Origin: an uncultured delta proteobacterium
GTDB taxonomy: Bacteria > Desulfobacterota > Desulfobulbia > Desulfobulbales > SURF-16
Assembly (NCBI GenBank): GCA_963729825.1
Contig: CAVSQR010000081.1
Location: forward strand, 1,111-65,110
Length of the DNA: 64,000 nt
Direction: 5' to 3'
The translations under genes and the position numbers were made by a program. Positions 1 through 10,733 of the stretch are shown piece by piece (within the stretch, counting starts at the first letter, position 1; every line of letters begins with the position of its first letter). The notes beneath the pieces are model-generated. The model did not search any database. It was not told the DNA's origin and saw only the letters and a program-made list of their open reading frames with translations.

Positions 1-401
<401 letters not shown>

Positions 402-421
402 TCCGCTGTTCATTTTTTATT

Positions 422-477
422 GACAATGTGAAGAAAATTTACCATATACATGGTTCTTCACATTGTCTTGTTTTTTT
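422..477 (+). terminator. rho-independent terminator after groEL
   Basis: 14-bp perfect stem GACAATGTGAAGAA / TTCTTCACATTGTC followed by TTGTTTTTTT. Confidence 0.75.
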
Positions 478-491
478 AATGTTACCTCTGT

Positions 492-520
492 TTGCAGATG
501 GTAACATTTTTCTGTAATAC
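492..520 (+). promoter_or_regulatory. sigma70-like promoter candidate for tRNA-Met
   Basis: TTGCAG, 17-nt spacer, TAATAC, about 27 nt upstream of the tRNA 5' end. Pattern match only. Confidence 0.35.
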
Positions 521-546
521 GCCGGGAAAAGGCGGGTACAGAATTC

Positions 547-623
547 GGCGATGTAGCTCAGATGGTTAGAGCATACGGCTCATATCCGTAGTGTCCGGGG
601 TTCAATTCCCTGCATCGCCACCA
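547..623 (+). tRNA. tRNA-Met (anticodon CAT); a lysidine-type tRNA-Ile2 cannot be excluded
   Basis: 77-nt cloverleaf with acceptor GGCGATG / CATCGCC, anticodon stem ACGG/CCGT with loop CTCATAT, T-arm GGGGTTCAATTCCC, and encoded CCA. The 1:72 position is paired, so it is not initiator-type. Confidence 0.9.
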
Positions 624-636
624 GAAATATAAAAAA

Positions 637-672
637 AGCCGCAACCCTCTTGAGGTTTGCGGCTTTTTTTTT
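637..672 (+). terminator. rho-independent terminator after tRNA-Met
   Basis: Stem AGCCGCAA / TTGCGGCT with an A-run before and a T9 run after. Confidence 0.75.
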
Positions 673-863
673 GGCTCACCACCAACAGCAACTACTGCAT
701 CTGCAATATTCCTTGCCTCACCCCCTCTGCTCTTTTCAACTTTTTAACGCCATCCCTAACAAAAAAGATGCTAATATAGCTCGGAGGGACGAAAAATATG
801 CTGTTTCATGACCGCATTCCAGTTGGAAAACTTTAGATGAAATGATTTAGGAGGATAGCCAAA

Positions 864-1715
864 ATGAAAGCAGGATTTATCGGACTCGGCCACCTTGGCA
901 GAGCAATAGCCGGAAGACTCGTTGAACGTGAACATCCCCTTATCGTCTGGAATAGAAGTGCCGGCAAGACAGAAGGATTAAAATGCAGTGAAGTTGATTC
1001 GCCCTGGGCCGTGGCAGAACAAGCTGACATTCTGTTTTTATGCCTTTTTGACAGCCAGGCCGTACGCAGTGTCCTCACTGGCGAGAAGGGCCTGCTTTCC
1101 GGCAAGATAACGGGTAAAATCATCGTGGATCTGACAACCAACCATTTTACCGACGTTGCCTCATTTCACACCATCTGCAAGGAGGCTGGCGCCTTCTATC
1201 TGGAATCGCCGGTATTGGGCAGCGTTGTCCCGGCCTCCCAGGGGAATTTAACGGTACTTGTCAGCGGCGACCCGTCTGCCTATGAAAAGAGCAAGCCAAT
1301 CCTGGAAGATATCGGTAAAAATATATTCTTTCTTGAAAAACCGGCGCTCGCCACAAAAATGAAACTCATTAACAATCTGACGCTGGGAAGTTTCATGGCA
1401 ACCATTGCCGAGGCAGTCTCCTTTGCAGAACACGTCGGCATGAACAAAAAGGATGTCATTGAAATCTTGTCAGTCGGCGGCGGCAACTCCCTCGTCCTCA
1501 ACGCCAAAAAGGCAAAACTTCTGGAGGAAGATTTTTCAACCCACTTCTCAAATGCCCTCATCTACAAAGACCTGCACTGCCTGATGGATTTGGCCTACAG
1601 CGAGAAAAAACCACTTTTTACCGGAGCCATGGCCAAAGAGCTCTATGCAAAGGCGTTTGCCGATGGGTTTGGCCAGGAAGATTTTTCTTCCATCTACAAG
1701 ATATTTAAGAAATAA
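864..1715 (+). CDS. NAD(P)-dependent beta-hydroxyacid dehydrogenase family oxidoreductase (3-hydroxyisobutyrate DH-like)
   Basis: Intact 283-aa ORF with AGGAGG about 9 nt upstream. It has the N-terminal Rossmann motif MKAGFIGLGHLGRAIAGRL and a length and layout typical of the HIBADH/6PGDH-NAD-binding family. Confidence 0.8.
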   Translation: MKAGFIGLGHLGRAIAGRLVEREHPLIVWNRSAGKTEGLKCSEVDSPWAVAEQADILFLCLFDSQAVRSVLTGEKGLLSGKITGKIIVDLTTNHFTDVASFHTICKEAGAFYLESPVLGSVVPASQGNLTVLVSGDPSAYEKSKPILEDIGKNIFFLEKPALATKMKLINNLTLGSFMATIAEAVSFAEHVGMNKKDVIEILSVGGGNSLVLNAKKAKLLEEDFSTHFSNALIYKDLHCLMDLAYSEKKPLFTGAMAKELYAKAFADGFGQEDFSSIYKIFKK

Positions 1716-1959
1716 ATAGGCTGAAGTCAATGGTTCAATCGGGATTTTTTGCCTCAGAGGAAGCAACCGTTAACCTGCCTGTGGTGCCGTTGCGGTTGAG
1801 GCGACCAAGTGGAAAAGGCTGCAACCTGAATGAACGGAATAAGGTTGCAGCCCAACTTGCGGGGGTGTTACGTATTCTCACGTCGAATCAATACGATCGT
1901 TTCTTTGGCAAAGAAACGGTATGCCGCGATTATACCTCTCCGTGAAACAACCTCGATCA

Positions 1960-2364
1960 TCAACAACACAGTAAACTGTGGTGCTTATCTACTGACAAAT
2001 CATCGTCATCGTCAATCATGGAAGGGATGAATTCATCCTCTTCTTCATCATCCTCTTCTTCTGCCTCCTCCCCATCGTCGACTGACAATTCATCCTCATC
2101 TTCCGCGGCATAGTAAGGTGAAGGTGAATCATCGACTTCTTCCTCATCTGCGTCCTCCCTGACGGCTTTAACCATCTTGGAAGGCGGAAGAACAATCTCG
2201 GTAATCTTTTTCACTTCGGCACGGACGTCAGGATCAGCAAGACATGCTCCACATCCCTTGAGATGTTTTTCCATAAACTCAACCATTCTGGCCGGAGCTA
2301 ATGACTCTTCTTGTACCTGCACATACCATGACCGTACAAGCCTGTTTAAGCGCTCGCATTCCAT
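1960..2364 (-). CDS. hypothetical protein, zinc-finger-like N-terminus (HxxxCxxC) and strongly acidic C-terminal tail
   Basis: ORF 1960-2439 trimmed to the ATG at 2364, which has GGAG upstream. The N-terminus reads MECERL...MEKHLKGCGAC. About half of the last ~66 residues are Asp/Glu (EEAEEEDDEEEDE, DDDDD). Confidence 0.5.
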   Translation of the reverse strand: MECERLNRLVRSWYVQVQEESLAPARMVEFMEKHLKGCGACLADPDVRAEVKKITEIVLPPSKMVKAVREDADEEEVDDSPSPYYAAEDEDELSVDDGEEAEEEDDEEEDEFIPSMIDDDDDLSVDKHHSLLCC

Positions 2365-2534
2365 TTTTTTTAATCTCCGATTAAATATATTAAAACGTTC
2401 TGAGTCCTGCAAAAAAGCACATAAAACAAATCCAAACAACTATTGCAAGCTTTTAAAACCGGACATTACTCACCTTTTATAAAAAAAGTTGCCGTATTGG
2501 GCAAGAAGAATTACTATGATTATGTATGAATTTT

Positions 2535-2563
2535 TTGTCACATTCAAGCGTTACAGCATAATT
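2535..2563 (+). promoter_or_regulatory. sigma70-like promoter candidate for tRNA-Sec
   Basis: TTGTCA, 17-nt spacer, ATAATT, about 23 nt upstream of the tRNA 5' end. Pattern match only. Confidence 0.35.
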
Positions 2564-2585
2564 TTTTTCTTCATTTCAATTCTAA

Positions 2586-2683
2586 GGAAGTGGAAAGGGC
2601 GCTGGTGGCTCTCCCGGACTTCAAATCCGGTGCACCGGGTTAACAGCTTGGTGGGTGGGTTCGATTCCCATGCACTTCCGCCA
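2586..2683 (+). tRNA. selC: tRNA-Sec (selenocysteine, anticodon TCA)
   Basis: 98-nt sequence GGAAGTGG...GGACTTCAAATCCGG...long variable arm...GGTTCGATTCCCATGCACTTCCGCCA. It starts with GGAAG, has a long acceptor stem, the anticodon loop CTTCAAA and a large extra arm, as in E. coli selC. Confidence 0.9.
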
Positions 2684-2705
2684 TTACTTGAGATCGCAAT
2701 AAAAA

Positions 2706-2736
2706 AGGCCCGGGCGCATTGCCCGGGCCTTTTTTA
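2706..2736 (+). terminator. rho-independent terminator after selC (also faces the convergent sulP gene)
   Basis: Stem GGCCCGGGC / GCCCGGGCC flanked by A6 and T6. Confidence 0.75.
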
Positions 2737-2762
2737 TTGCCTGTATCTGAATCGCTCCTGCT

Positions 2763-4929
2763 TTAGGCAGGAATATACTTGGTTAAGGGGCAATCCTTGC
2801 AACCTTCGGTGGGAAGGCCGCTGCTGGTGGTATGAATTTTCTTAATAATGGTCTTAACCGCCTGTTCCGTATCGGGGAATAGACTATCCTTGCCGATTTT
2901 ATTCAGCAACCCGGTACGCTCCATAACAACCATCACCTGCCCCTTGACGCCGCACATGGCAAAACCAAGCCCCGCACTGCGAACCCGCTCAACAAGCAGC
3001 TCCAAGGCCTCCTCGCCGGAGGCATCCATATCATTAATGCCCCGGGCATCCAGCAGGATATAGCGCAGGTCCGGCTGTTCGTTACGGAATTTCATGACCT
3101 GCTCATCGAGATAGCTGGCATTGGCAAAAAATAATGCGCCGTCAAAGCGGACTACGGAGATATGCCGGCAGCCCTTCAGGCGATAGTATTCAGCACTTTT
3201 CAGCACGTTTTCCTCATGCATGGACAGGCTGGCCACCACCGGCCGCATTGATTTGTACAGGAAAACACGCCATGGAAAGGCCCACACCGACCATGATGCC
3301 CTTATCAAGATGCGGGGCAAAGTAAAGGGTCACAAGAAAACTGAGAACGGAAATGGCGCCATCATACCATTGCGCCTTCCAGGCATGGGCAAAGCCCTTG
3401 ATGTTGATCAGCCCGACAACGGCCATCATGATGACCGCGGCCAGCACGGCCTGGGGCAGATGGTAGAGCAGCGGCGTAAAAAACAACAGGGTGGCGACAA
3501 CCATAAGCGAGGTGACAACCGCGGAAATACCGGAAACCGCACCGGCCTGCAGGTTAACGGCGGAACGGGAAAAGGAGCCGGATGTCGCAAAGCTGGAAGT
3601 CAGTGAACCGAGCATGTTGGCCAGGCCCTGGCCGATGAGCTCCTGATTGGGATCGATTTTCTGCCCCGTCTTGGCGGCCATGGCCTTGGCAATGGCGATC
3701 GCCTCCATAAACCCGAGCAGGGCAATGATAACTGCACTGGGCAGCACCTTGAGGAAGCTTGCCAGAGTCAGCTGCGGAATGGTGAATTTCGGCAGTCCTT
3801 TGGGAATATCGCCGACCACGTCACCGCCGCCCATGACCTTGACCTTCGCGGTGTCAAGAGCTGAAGCATTTCTTATCCTGATGCGCCAGGTGTTGCCATC
3901 GGTCTGGACCCCGGCGGGAATAGCGCCTTTGGGATAGAAGGTATAATTTTCCCCCTCTTTCACCCCTTCAAATTTCATCTTGCGGACCGCGGCACGGATA
4001 TCTGCAGCATGTTTCTTTGCTTCTTCCATCTTTACTTCCAGGGTATCGACTTCGCCCTTCAGTTTGATCAGCTCAAGCGACGTGGTGCCGTGTCCTGTTG
4101 CCTTGATGTTTTTCTGCTCTTCTTCCACCTTAAGGCCTTAGGGCCGCCCGTTCCTCACCCAATGTTTTTATTTCTTTTTGCAGCGCTGTTGTAATCAGCA
4201 ATCTGTTGCTGAAGGCCGTCAAGACGAAGGGCGGAAAGATCAACATAGACGTCTTTATTGTAACCGGTGTAGTAGGAAATAAGGGTGGTAACGGCCACCG
4301 CCACCAGAACATTGGGGATGCGGCGGTTGATTTTCTTGAGCACCACCATGATGACCACGGCGGCGATGCCATAAATCAAGGTCGTGAGATGGGTATAATC
4401 CATGGCCGCCTTGAAGACATCCACCATGGTCTGATAATGGTGCGGGAGCCGTGTCGACATAGACCCCGAAAAATTTGGAGAACTGGGATGTGGCAATGAT
4501 AATGGCCGCCGCATTGGTGAAGCCGTTGACCACCGGATGGGAAAGAAAATTCACCACCAGGCCCAGACGCAGAACGCCGAGAGAAAACTGGAAGATACCG
4601 ACGACTGCGGCAAGAACGATCGAATAGGCGATGAATTCCGCTGATCCGGCGGTGGCAAGAGGTGCAAGGGATGCCGCGGACATGAGCGACACAACCGCCA
4701 CAGGTCCGGTGCCGAGCTGGCGGCTGGAGCCGAACAGCGAGGCCACCATGGGTGGCAGAAAGGCGGCATACAATCCGTAATAAGGAGGCAGTCCAGCGAG
4801 CTGGGCATAGGCCATGGACTGAGGAATCAGGACCAGGGCAACGGTAATGCCGGCCATCAGGTCTGCTTTGAATTTGCCGGCATCATAATCGGTGAACCAG
4901 GCAAGAAAGGGGAAAATTTTGTATATCAT
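2763..4929 (-). CDS. SulP/SLC26-family anion permease with C-terminal STAS domain (frameshifted as assembled)
   Basis: Fragments 4255-4929, 4155-4514, 3214-4128 and 2763-3320 join into one protein of about 720 aa. The N-terminus reads FKADLMAGITVALVLIPQSMAYAQLAGLPPYYGLYAAF. It continues with a TM core, an inserted coiled-coil segment, and a STAS domain (VVRFDGALFFANASYLDEQV...GINDMDASGEEAL). Frame changes lie near 4455, 4130-4190 (two) and 3260. Confidence 0.85.
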
Positions 4930-5414
4930 TTAGCTACCTTATCATATCTCGTTCGCCTTTCTACGGGGCCGAAGGCAGCAGAAGGCGACTCTTGTTCTTC
5001 TTCTCTCCGGATCCGTTCGGCACTGAGGCAGCGCGGCTCCGAAAAACCAATTTAACAGTCGGACAACAGCGAGCTTTCACAGCAGGTAGTTTTACGAGAT
5101 TCCAGTCAGGTAAAGACTGGCACTTCCTTGTTGGCCTTAGTTGCCCAGAATCTCTGCAGCGCCTCCACACTGCCGGGCATCTCTGATTCGTCTCTCATTC
5201 TCTTTCTCCTCTCTGGAAAAAATTCAAAACACCAAAACAACCGGGTGAGGATAATGCATAACACCCGGATTCCGTGTGATTTTTGAAAAGTTATTCCACA
5301 CAATTTTTCCAGGTTATAAATAGCTCTCTTGCCGAGAAAGTCAAGGGAAAACTGCGCCGGAAGCCCCTCTCGCATGAAACAAAATGAACCAGGATTCAGC
5401 CAATAGCAAGCCTT

Positions 5415-6251
5415 TTACAAATTACACTTTTTTTCGGCGACCTTTCGGGCGATATTGCGGATTCTGCCGATATAGCGGGTGCGCTCCGCCACACTGATGG
5501 CCTTGCGCGCATCAAGCAGATTAAAGGTATGGGAACATTTCAGGCAATAATCATAGGCCGGCAGCAGCAGATTCTTGTCCAGCAGCTTGAGCGCCTCCTG
5601 TTCACAGGAATTAAAAAAGGAAACCAGAAATTCCACATTGGCGTGTTCAAAATTAAAGGCGGAAAATTCAACCTCTGCCTGATGAAAAATCTGGCCGTAC
5701 TTGACCTCTTTGTTCCAGGCAATATCATAGACGCTGTTGACCCCCTGGAGATACATGGCTATTCGCTCAAGACCATAGGTAATCTCAACGGTAACCGGGC
5801 TGAGCTCCTGACTGCCGGCCTGCTGGAAATAAGTAAACTGGGTGATCTCCATGCCGTCAAGCCACACCTCCCAGCCCAGACCGCTGGCGCCAAGGGTGGG
5901 TGATTCCCAGTCATCCTCGACAAAACGGATATCATGCTGCAGCAGGTTAAGGTTAAAGCGCTTCAGGCTCTCCAGATACAAACCCTGGGAATCCGCCGGC
6001 GAGGGTTTCAGCACGACCTGAAACTGATAATAATGCTGAAGCCGGTTCGGGTTTTCCCCATACCGGCCGTCCGTCGGCCGCCGGGAAGGCTGGACATACG
6101 CCGCCTTCCACGGCTCCGGACCAAGGGCCCGCAACAGGGTGGCAGGGTGAAAGGTTCCCGCTCCGACTTCCATATCGTATGGCTGCTGGATCACGCAGCC
6201 CTGATCAGCCCAATAACGACTTAATTCAAAAATAATATCCTGAAAGTACAT
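5415..6251 (-). CDS. glyQ: glycine--tRNA ligase alpha subunit
   Basis: Intact 278-aa ORF reading [79 protein letters not shown], the classic GlyQ pattern. No glyS lies next to it. Confidence 0.97.
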   Translation of the reverse strand: MYFQDIIFELSRYWADQGCVIQQPYDMEVGAGTFHPATLLRALGPEPWKAAYVQPSRRPTDGRYGENPNRLQHYYQFQVVLKPSPADSQGLYLESLKRFNLNLLQHDIRFVEDDWESPTLGASGLGWEVWLDGMEITQFTYFQQAGSQELSPVTVEITYGLERIAMYLQGVNSVYDIAWNKEVKYGQIFHQAEVEFSAFNFEHANVEFLVSFFNSCEQEALKLLDKNLLLPAYDYCLKCSHTFNLLDARKAISVAERTRYIGRIRNIARKVAEKKCNL

Positions 6252-6696
6252 TTTTTCTTTCCTTTAATAAGGTGATGTCGCTGTAAAGTTGATGGCAAAC
6301 GCCTAAAATAAAACAATGAAAGTGTGCAGGCAAGTTAAATATCCGTAACTGATGGCCGCGTGGATGCGAGTGCCTGCCTGGCCTCGACTTGCGGCAAAAC
6401 TGAAAAATGAATGGGCAGTCACGTTGCAAGAGGGTAATGAAAAATTTACAATTGCTTAATTTGCCTTAAATTTTCCCCTCCGGCGCCTGCTGAGCTACTC
6501 AAGCAGTTGGTTAAATTATTATTGACAATACACCTACTTCGAGATAGACATAAAATTATATAAGAAATATTTTTACCGGCTCCGTAGAGCAATCAGCATT
6601 GATCTTGCTGAAAATTCGGCCGCCGGTAAGAATCTTTGGGGGGCAGGCATTTGCTGTTAAATGTCTGCAAATCACATCTTTTTTTTGGAGGGAGAT

Positions 6697-8382
6697 ATGT
6701 TAAAAAAAATCTCGACAATCGCTTTGGCCGGACTCCTCACGCTGCCTGCCATGGCTACCGCCGGCAGCACCAATGCCACCAGTGATCTGGCTGCACAGGT
6801 TGACCGGCTGACCCAGGAACTCGCCAATTTAAAAGCACAGATGGCGGCCATGAAAGAGGGTCAGGGCCCGGCCACTGACATGAAGGCCCAGAAGGAAATC
6901 GCCGATCTGAAAAGCCAGATGAAAGCCCTGGAAGATAACCAGAAACAAGCTTTTGATGATCTTGATGAAAAAAGCGCTGCCTGGGATCTTGCTTCCCGCG
7001 TTCAGCTCTTCGGCGATTTCCGCGCCCGGGGTGACTGGTACAAGAATGATCTGGTTACAACCCCGTTGACAGAGATGCCGTTTGCTGGCATTCTGCAGCA
7101 TATCCAGCTAACGATATGGCATATTGGGGGATCCAGACCAACTTATGAATCCGATGACGAGATGGAAAATACCTCCATATTCACCAACCGTTTCCGGCTG
7201 AATATGCGGGTCAAGGCCACCGAGAACGTGGATTTCAAGGGACGTCTGGCCATGTATAAAACCTGGGGCACCAGCACCCTGCCCCCCAACCTGACCCAGT
7301 TCGGCTACCCCTCTTTTGACGGAACGTCAGCTCCCGTGAGCCGAGTGACTCGATTCTCCGCGTGGACCGCGCCTTTGTCAACTGGAACAATATCGGCGGA
7401 CAGCCGGTCTGGTTTTCCGTCGGCCGTAGGCCCACCACCGATGGCCCTGCTGCCCAGATCCGCATGGGCCTGGATGAGAGAATGGCAACCCCGACCGCAT
7501 ACATGGACTGGCCTTTTGACGGAATTTCCGTGGGTTATGCCTATGCCAACCTGTTCGGCATGCAGGACGCACCCGGCCGGGTTCGTATCTGTTACGGCCG
7601 CGGTTTTGAAAACAGCCTGCAATACGACACCACATCAGTGGATCTGAACGACACGGATTTTGCCGGCGTCAGCTGGGATATCTACAATAAGGGCAATAAA
7701 CTTGCCTATCTGCAGTCTTTCATGGTCTTCAATGCCTTTAATTTTCCGCAATTCGACGATAGTGCCACCAACGATTTTTACACACATGTTCTTGGGATGT
7801 TAGGCCAGCGTGAAAATGTCGGCGATGTGCTGCATACCTCCGGCGTCTATATGGATAAATGGGAGAATTTGAATTATTTTGTTGAAGGTGGCTGGAGCCG
7901 CACCATGCCGGATAGTGATACCGGTATGTTTAATGACATATGTGTCTTCGCCAGCTACAAGGACAACCTGCACCTATACCAATGACGACAATGAGGATGG
8001 CTATAATATCTGGGTAGGCGCCCGCTATGACATGGACGACCTGGGACTCAAATTCGGTCTTGAGTACAACCACGGCTCCCAGTACTGGATCGGCATGACC
8101 CCGGGTCATGATGATCTGTACACCTCCAAACTGGCCACCCGCGGCGATGTCTACGAGGCCTACCTGATCTGGGATCTGCCCACCGGCGAGGCCATTTCCA
8201 AGTATGCCAAGACCTTCATGCGCTTTGGTTATCAGCATTATGACTATGATTACACCGGTGGTTCAGACTGGAATATCAAGCCTTACGACATAATAAAGCA
8301 GAAGGTGAAGCCTTGGCCATGCTTGTTACCCTCCATCGATAAAGCTGATCAGGTCTATGTGACCTTTGAGGTGTACTTCTAA
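6697..8382 (+). CDS. outer-membrane beta-barrel (porin-like) protein with N-terminal coiled coil, possibly DUF3373 family (frameshifted as assembled)
   Basis: Fragments 6661-7647, 7362-7985 and 7879-8382. GGAGGGAG precedes the ATG at 6697. The protein has the signal peptide MLKKISTIALAGLLTLPAMATA, a coiled coil of about 90 aa (LTQELANLKAQMAAMK..KSQMKALEDNQ), and a beta-rich body ending VYVTFEVYF. The family name is from memory, not searched. Frame changes lie near 7330-7360 and 7930-7980. Confidence 0.6.
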
Positions 8383-8460
8383 GTCTTCTCTTGAGCTGGG
8401 CGTAATCGTTGCGGCAATGAACACCCCAACGATTTCAGCCCATTTACCGTAAATCAAAAA

Positions 8461-8491
8461 GGGATGACCCATGCGGGTCATCCCTTTTTTC
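8461..8491 (+). terminator. rho-independent terminator after the porin-like gene
   Basis: Stem GGGATGACCC / GGGTCATCCC with loop ATGC, followed by T6. Confidence 0.8.
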
Positions 8492-8515
8492 TTCCGATTA
8501 CCCACCTCAGCGACC

Positions 8516-9344
8516 ATGCTCACCCCCCTTACCTTCCCAGCATTTGCAAACTGCCCCGCCCTGGGGCATGGTGTTTTCAACCGCCATGGCGGAGTTAGCC
8601 CTCCCCCGTATACTTCGCTCAATGTCAGTTACGGGGTGGATGATGATTCCCGGCGGGTCAAAGAAAACCGGGAACGGATCAGGCAGAGCCTTGGGTTTGA
8701 CATTCTTGTTTCCGGCCAGCAGGTACATGGCAGCCAGGTACAGGTGATCACGGAAAAACCGGAAGCGGATATGGAAATTGCCGGCTGCGACGCCTTTATC
8801 ACCAATGTTGCCGGGGTTGGCCTGCTGATCCAACAGGCGGACTGCCAGGCGGTCATGCTCTTTGATCCGCAGCGGCAGGTGGCGGCCAATATCCACAGCG
8901 GCTGGCGCGGCAGCGTAAACAACATCATCGCCGCAACCATCAGGGTGATGACTGAGGAGTTCGCAACCGATCCGGCGCATCTGCTGGCGGCAATCAGTCC
9001 TTCGCTCGGCCCCTGCTGTGCGGAATTTGTCCATTACCCGCAGGAACTGCCTGGTCATTTCCACCCATTCCAGGTAAAATCCAAATTATTTCGACTTCCG
9101 GGCCATCAGCCGGTGCCAGCTCGAAGAGACCGGGGTAAAACCGGCAAATATCGCGGCAACCACTATCTGTACGGTCTGTGATCCGAACTGGTTTTCCTAT
9201 CGCCGGGAGAAAAAGACCGGCCGGTTCTGCAGTGTTATTGGATGTGAAGGAGTAGGATGTCAGGAGTCAGGAGTCAGGAGATCAGGAATAGATAGGAGCC
9301 GGCAAAAACTCACAACATCAGTTTTTCCATCTTCTGGCTTCTGA
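8516..9344 (+). CDS. pgeF: YfiH/PgeF-family (DUF152, laccase-domain) protein; one frame change, 3' end uncertain
   Basis: ORF 8471-9181 trimmed to the ATG at 8516, which lies after the terminator. Motifs: FNRHGGVSPPPYTSLN, QQVHGSQV, ADCQAVMLFD, HSGWRGS, ISPSLGPCCAEF. After a frame change near 9080 the text continues NYFDFRAISRCQLEETGV...NWFSYRREKKTGRF. The open frame then runs into the repeat element before a TGA near 9342. Confidence 0.8.
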
Positions 9345-9362
9345 ATTCTGACTCCTGTCTTC
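9247..9362. repeat. intergenic imperfect inverted repeat built from AGGAGTC/AGGAGAT heptamers (same family as 50033-50120)
   Basis: Left arm GAAGGAGTAGGATGTCAGGAGTCAGGAGTCAGGAGATCAGGAATAGATAGGAGCCGG. Right arm GGCTTCTGAATTCTGACTCCTGTCTTC. It shares the GGCTTCTGA..GAATTCTGAC core with the element at 50033-50120. Confidence 0.7.
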
Positions 9363-9379
9363 TTTCATAACATTCCACC

Positions 9380-10733
9380 ATGCAAACCAATCCCCGTCAT
9401 CTTGCCATCACCATCCTCTGCCAAAGGCAGGAGACCGGTCAACCGGTTGATCTGATCCGGGACAACATCCTGAACAAGGCCATGCCGGCCAACGCCAAAG
9501 ACTCCCAGCTCGTCACCGCCCTGGTTTACGGCGTGCTCCGCTGGCAGCGCTTTCTTGACGCCATCCTGCAGGATTTTTCCAGCCACCCGTTGGCAAAAAT
9601 GAAAAACCTCACCCTCCAGGCCCTGCGGGTGGGACTTTTTCAACTCTGCTTCATGGACCGCATTCCCCCTTCCGCGGCAGTTAATGAAACGGTCAAGGCA
9701 CTGAAGGAGTCCAGACAGCCCAAATGGCTCACCGGCTTTGTCAACGGTCTGTTACGCAACATTGCCAGACAGACGGAGACCCTGCCCGGCCCCTGGGACA
9801 ATAATCTGATGCCGCCGGCCGTGCGCCTCAGCCATCCGGACTGGCTTTATCAACGGTGGCTTGCCCGCTACGGCGAAAATGTGGCAATACAGAATCTGCA
9901 CAGCAAATAACCACCAGGCCCCTCTGGTTCTCAGGGTCAACACAAAACTCCTGCCGCGGGAAGGCTTTATCCAAGAACTGGAAAAGAGCGGCATAGCCGC
10001 CCAGCCCGGCATTTACTGCCCCGAGGCGGTTGTGCTCCCGGATTACCGGGGGGATATTGCCGGCCTGCCCGGTTACGGGCGCGGCACATTCATGGTGCAG
10101 GATGAGGGGGCCCAGCTGATTTCCCTGCTGCTGGGTCCGTTTGGCCCGGGAAAGTACCTCGATGCCTGCGCCGGTCTGGGCGGCAAAACCGTGCATCTGG
10201 CCCAGCTCATCCCCGAAGACAGCCAGGTGGTGGCCATCGAACCCAATCCGCTGCGCTTTAAACTGCTCCAGGAGAATGCCAATCGCATGGGTCTTGCTGA
10301 CCGGATAAGCTGCCGGCAAACCGGGCTGGCTGACTTTCTGGAGAAGACAGACGAAAATTTTGCAGCCATTTTAGTTGACGCGCCCTGCTCCGGCCTGGGC
10401 GTGATCCGCCGCCATCCGGATATCCGCTGGAACCGCAGCCCGGATGATCTGCAACGCTATCAGGCCGTCCAGCTCACACTACTCTCTCAGGCGGCGGCAC
10501 TTCTTGCTCCCGGCGGGGTGCTGGTCTATGCCACCTGCAGCATCGAGCCGGAAGAGAATGAGGAGGTGGTGGCGCAATTTCTGGCAGCCCAGCCCCAATT
10601 TGCACTCAGCAGTCCACCCTTTTTCCCGCCGGCTGCCCAGCGGTTCGTCAATAACAAAGGTTTTTTCCAGACTCAGCCCGACGAAACCCTGGACGGCTTT
10701 TTTGCCGCCAGACTGGTGAGTCGCAAGGAGTAG
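9380..10733 (+). CDS. rsmB: 16S rRNA (cytosine967-C5)-methyltransferase RsmB/Sun (one frame change)
   Basis: Fragments 9380-9910 and 9861-10733. A NusB-like N-domain is followed by SAM-MTase motifs DACAGLGGKT, ILVDAPCSGLGVIRRHPDIRW and LVYATCSIEPEENE. The frame change is near 9880-9900. Confidence 0.9.

Noticed and set aside
2440-2762. selC-associated genomic island
   Set aside because: There is no integrase, no direct repeat of the tRNA 3' end and no foreign-looking gene on either side of selC. The tRNA is immediately followed by its terminator and the convergent sulP gene.
5117-5135. Sigma54-like TGGCAC-N5-TGTTG motif
   Set aside because: The -12 element is GT rather than GC. The motif also points toward glyQ, which is on the opposite strand, so there is no gene for it to drive.
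5106-5198. 30-codon ORF (MRDESEMPGSVEALQRFWATKANKEVPVFT) with a GAGGAGAAAGAGA Shine-Dalgarno-like sequence, about 180 nt upstream of sulP on the same strand
   Set aside because: It has no recognisable family and cannot be tested for conservation here. It could be a leader peptide, but the evidence is only an SD-ATG pattern.
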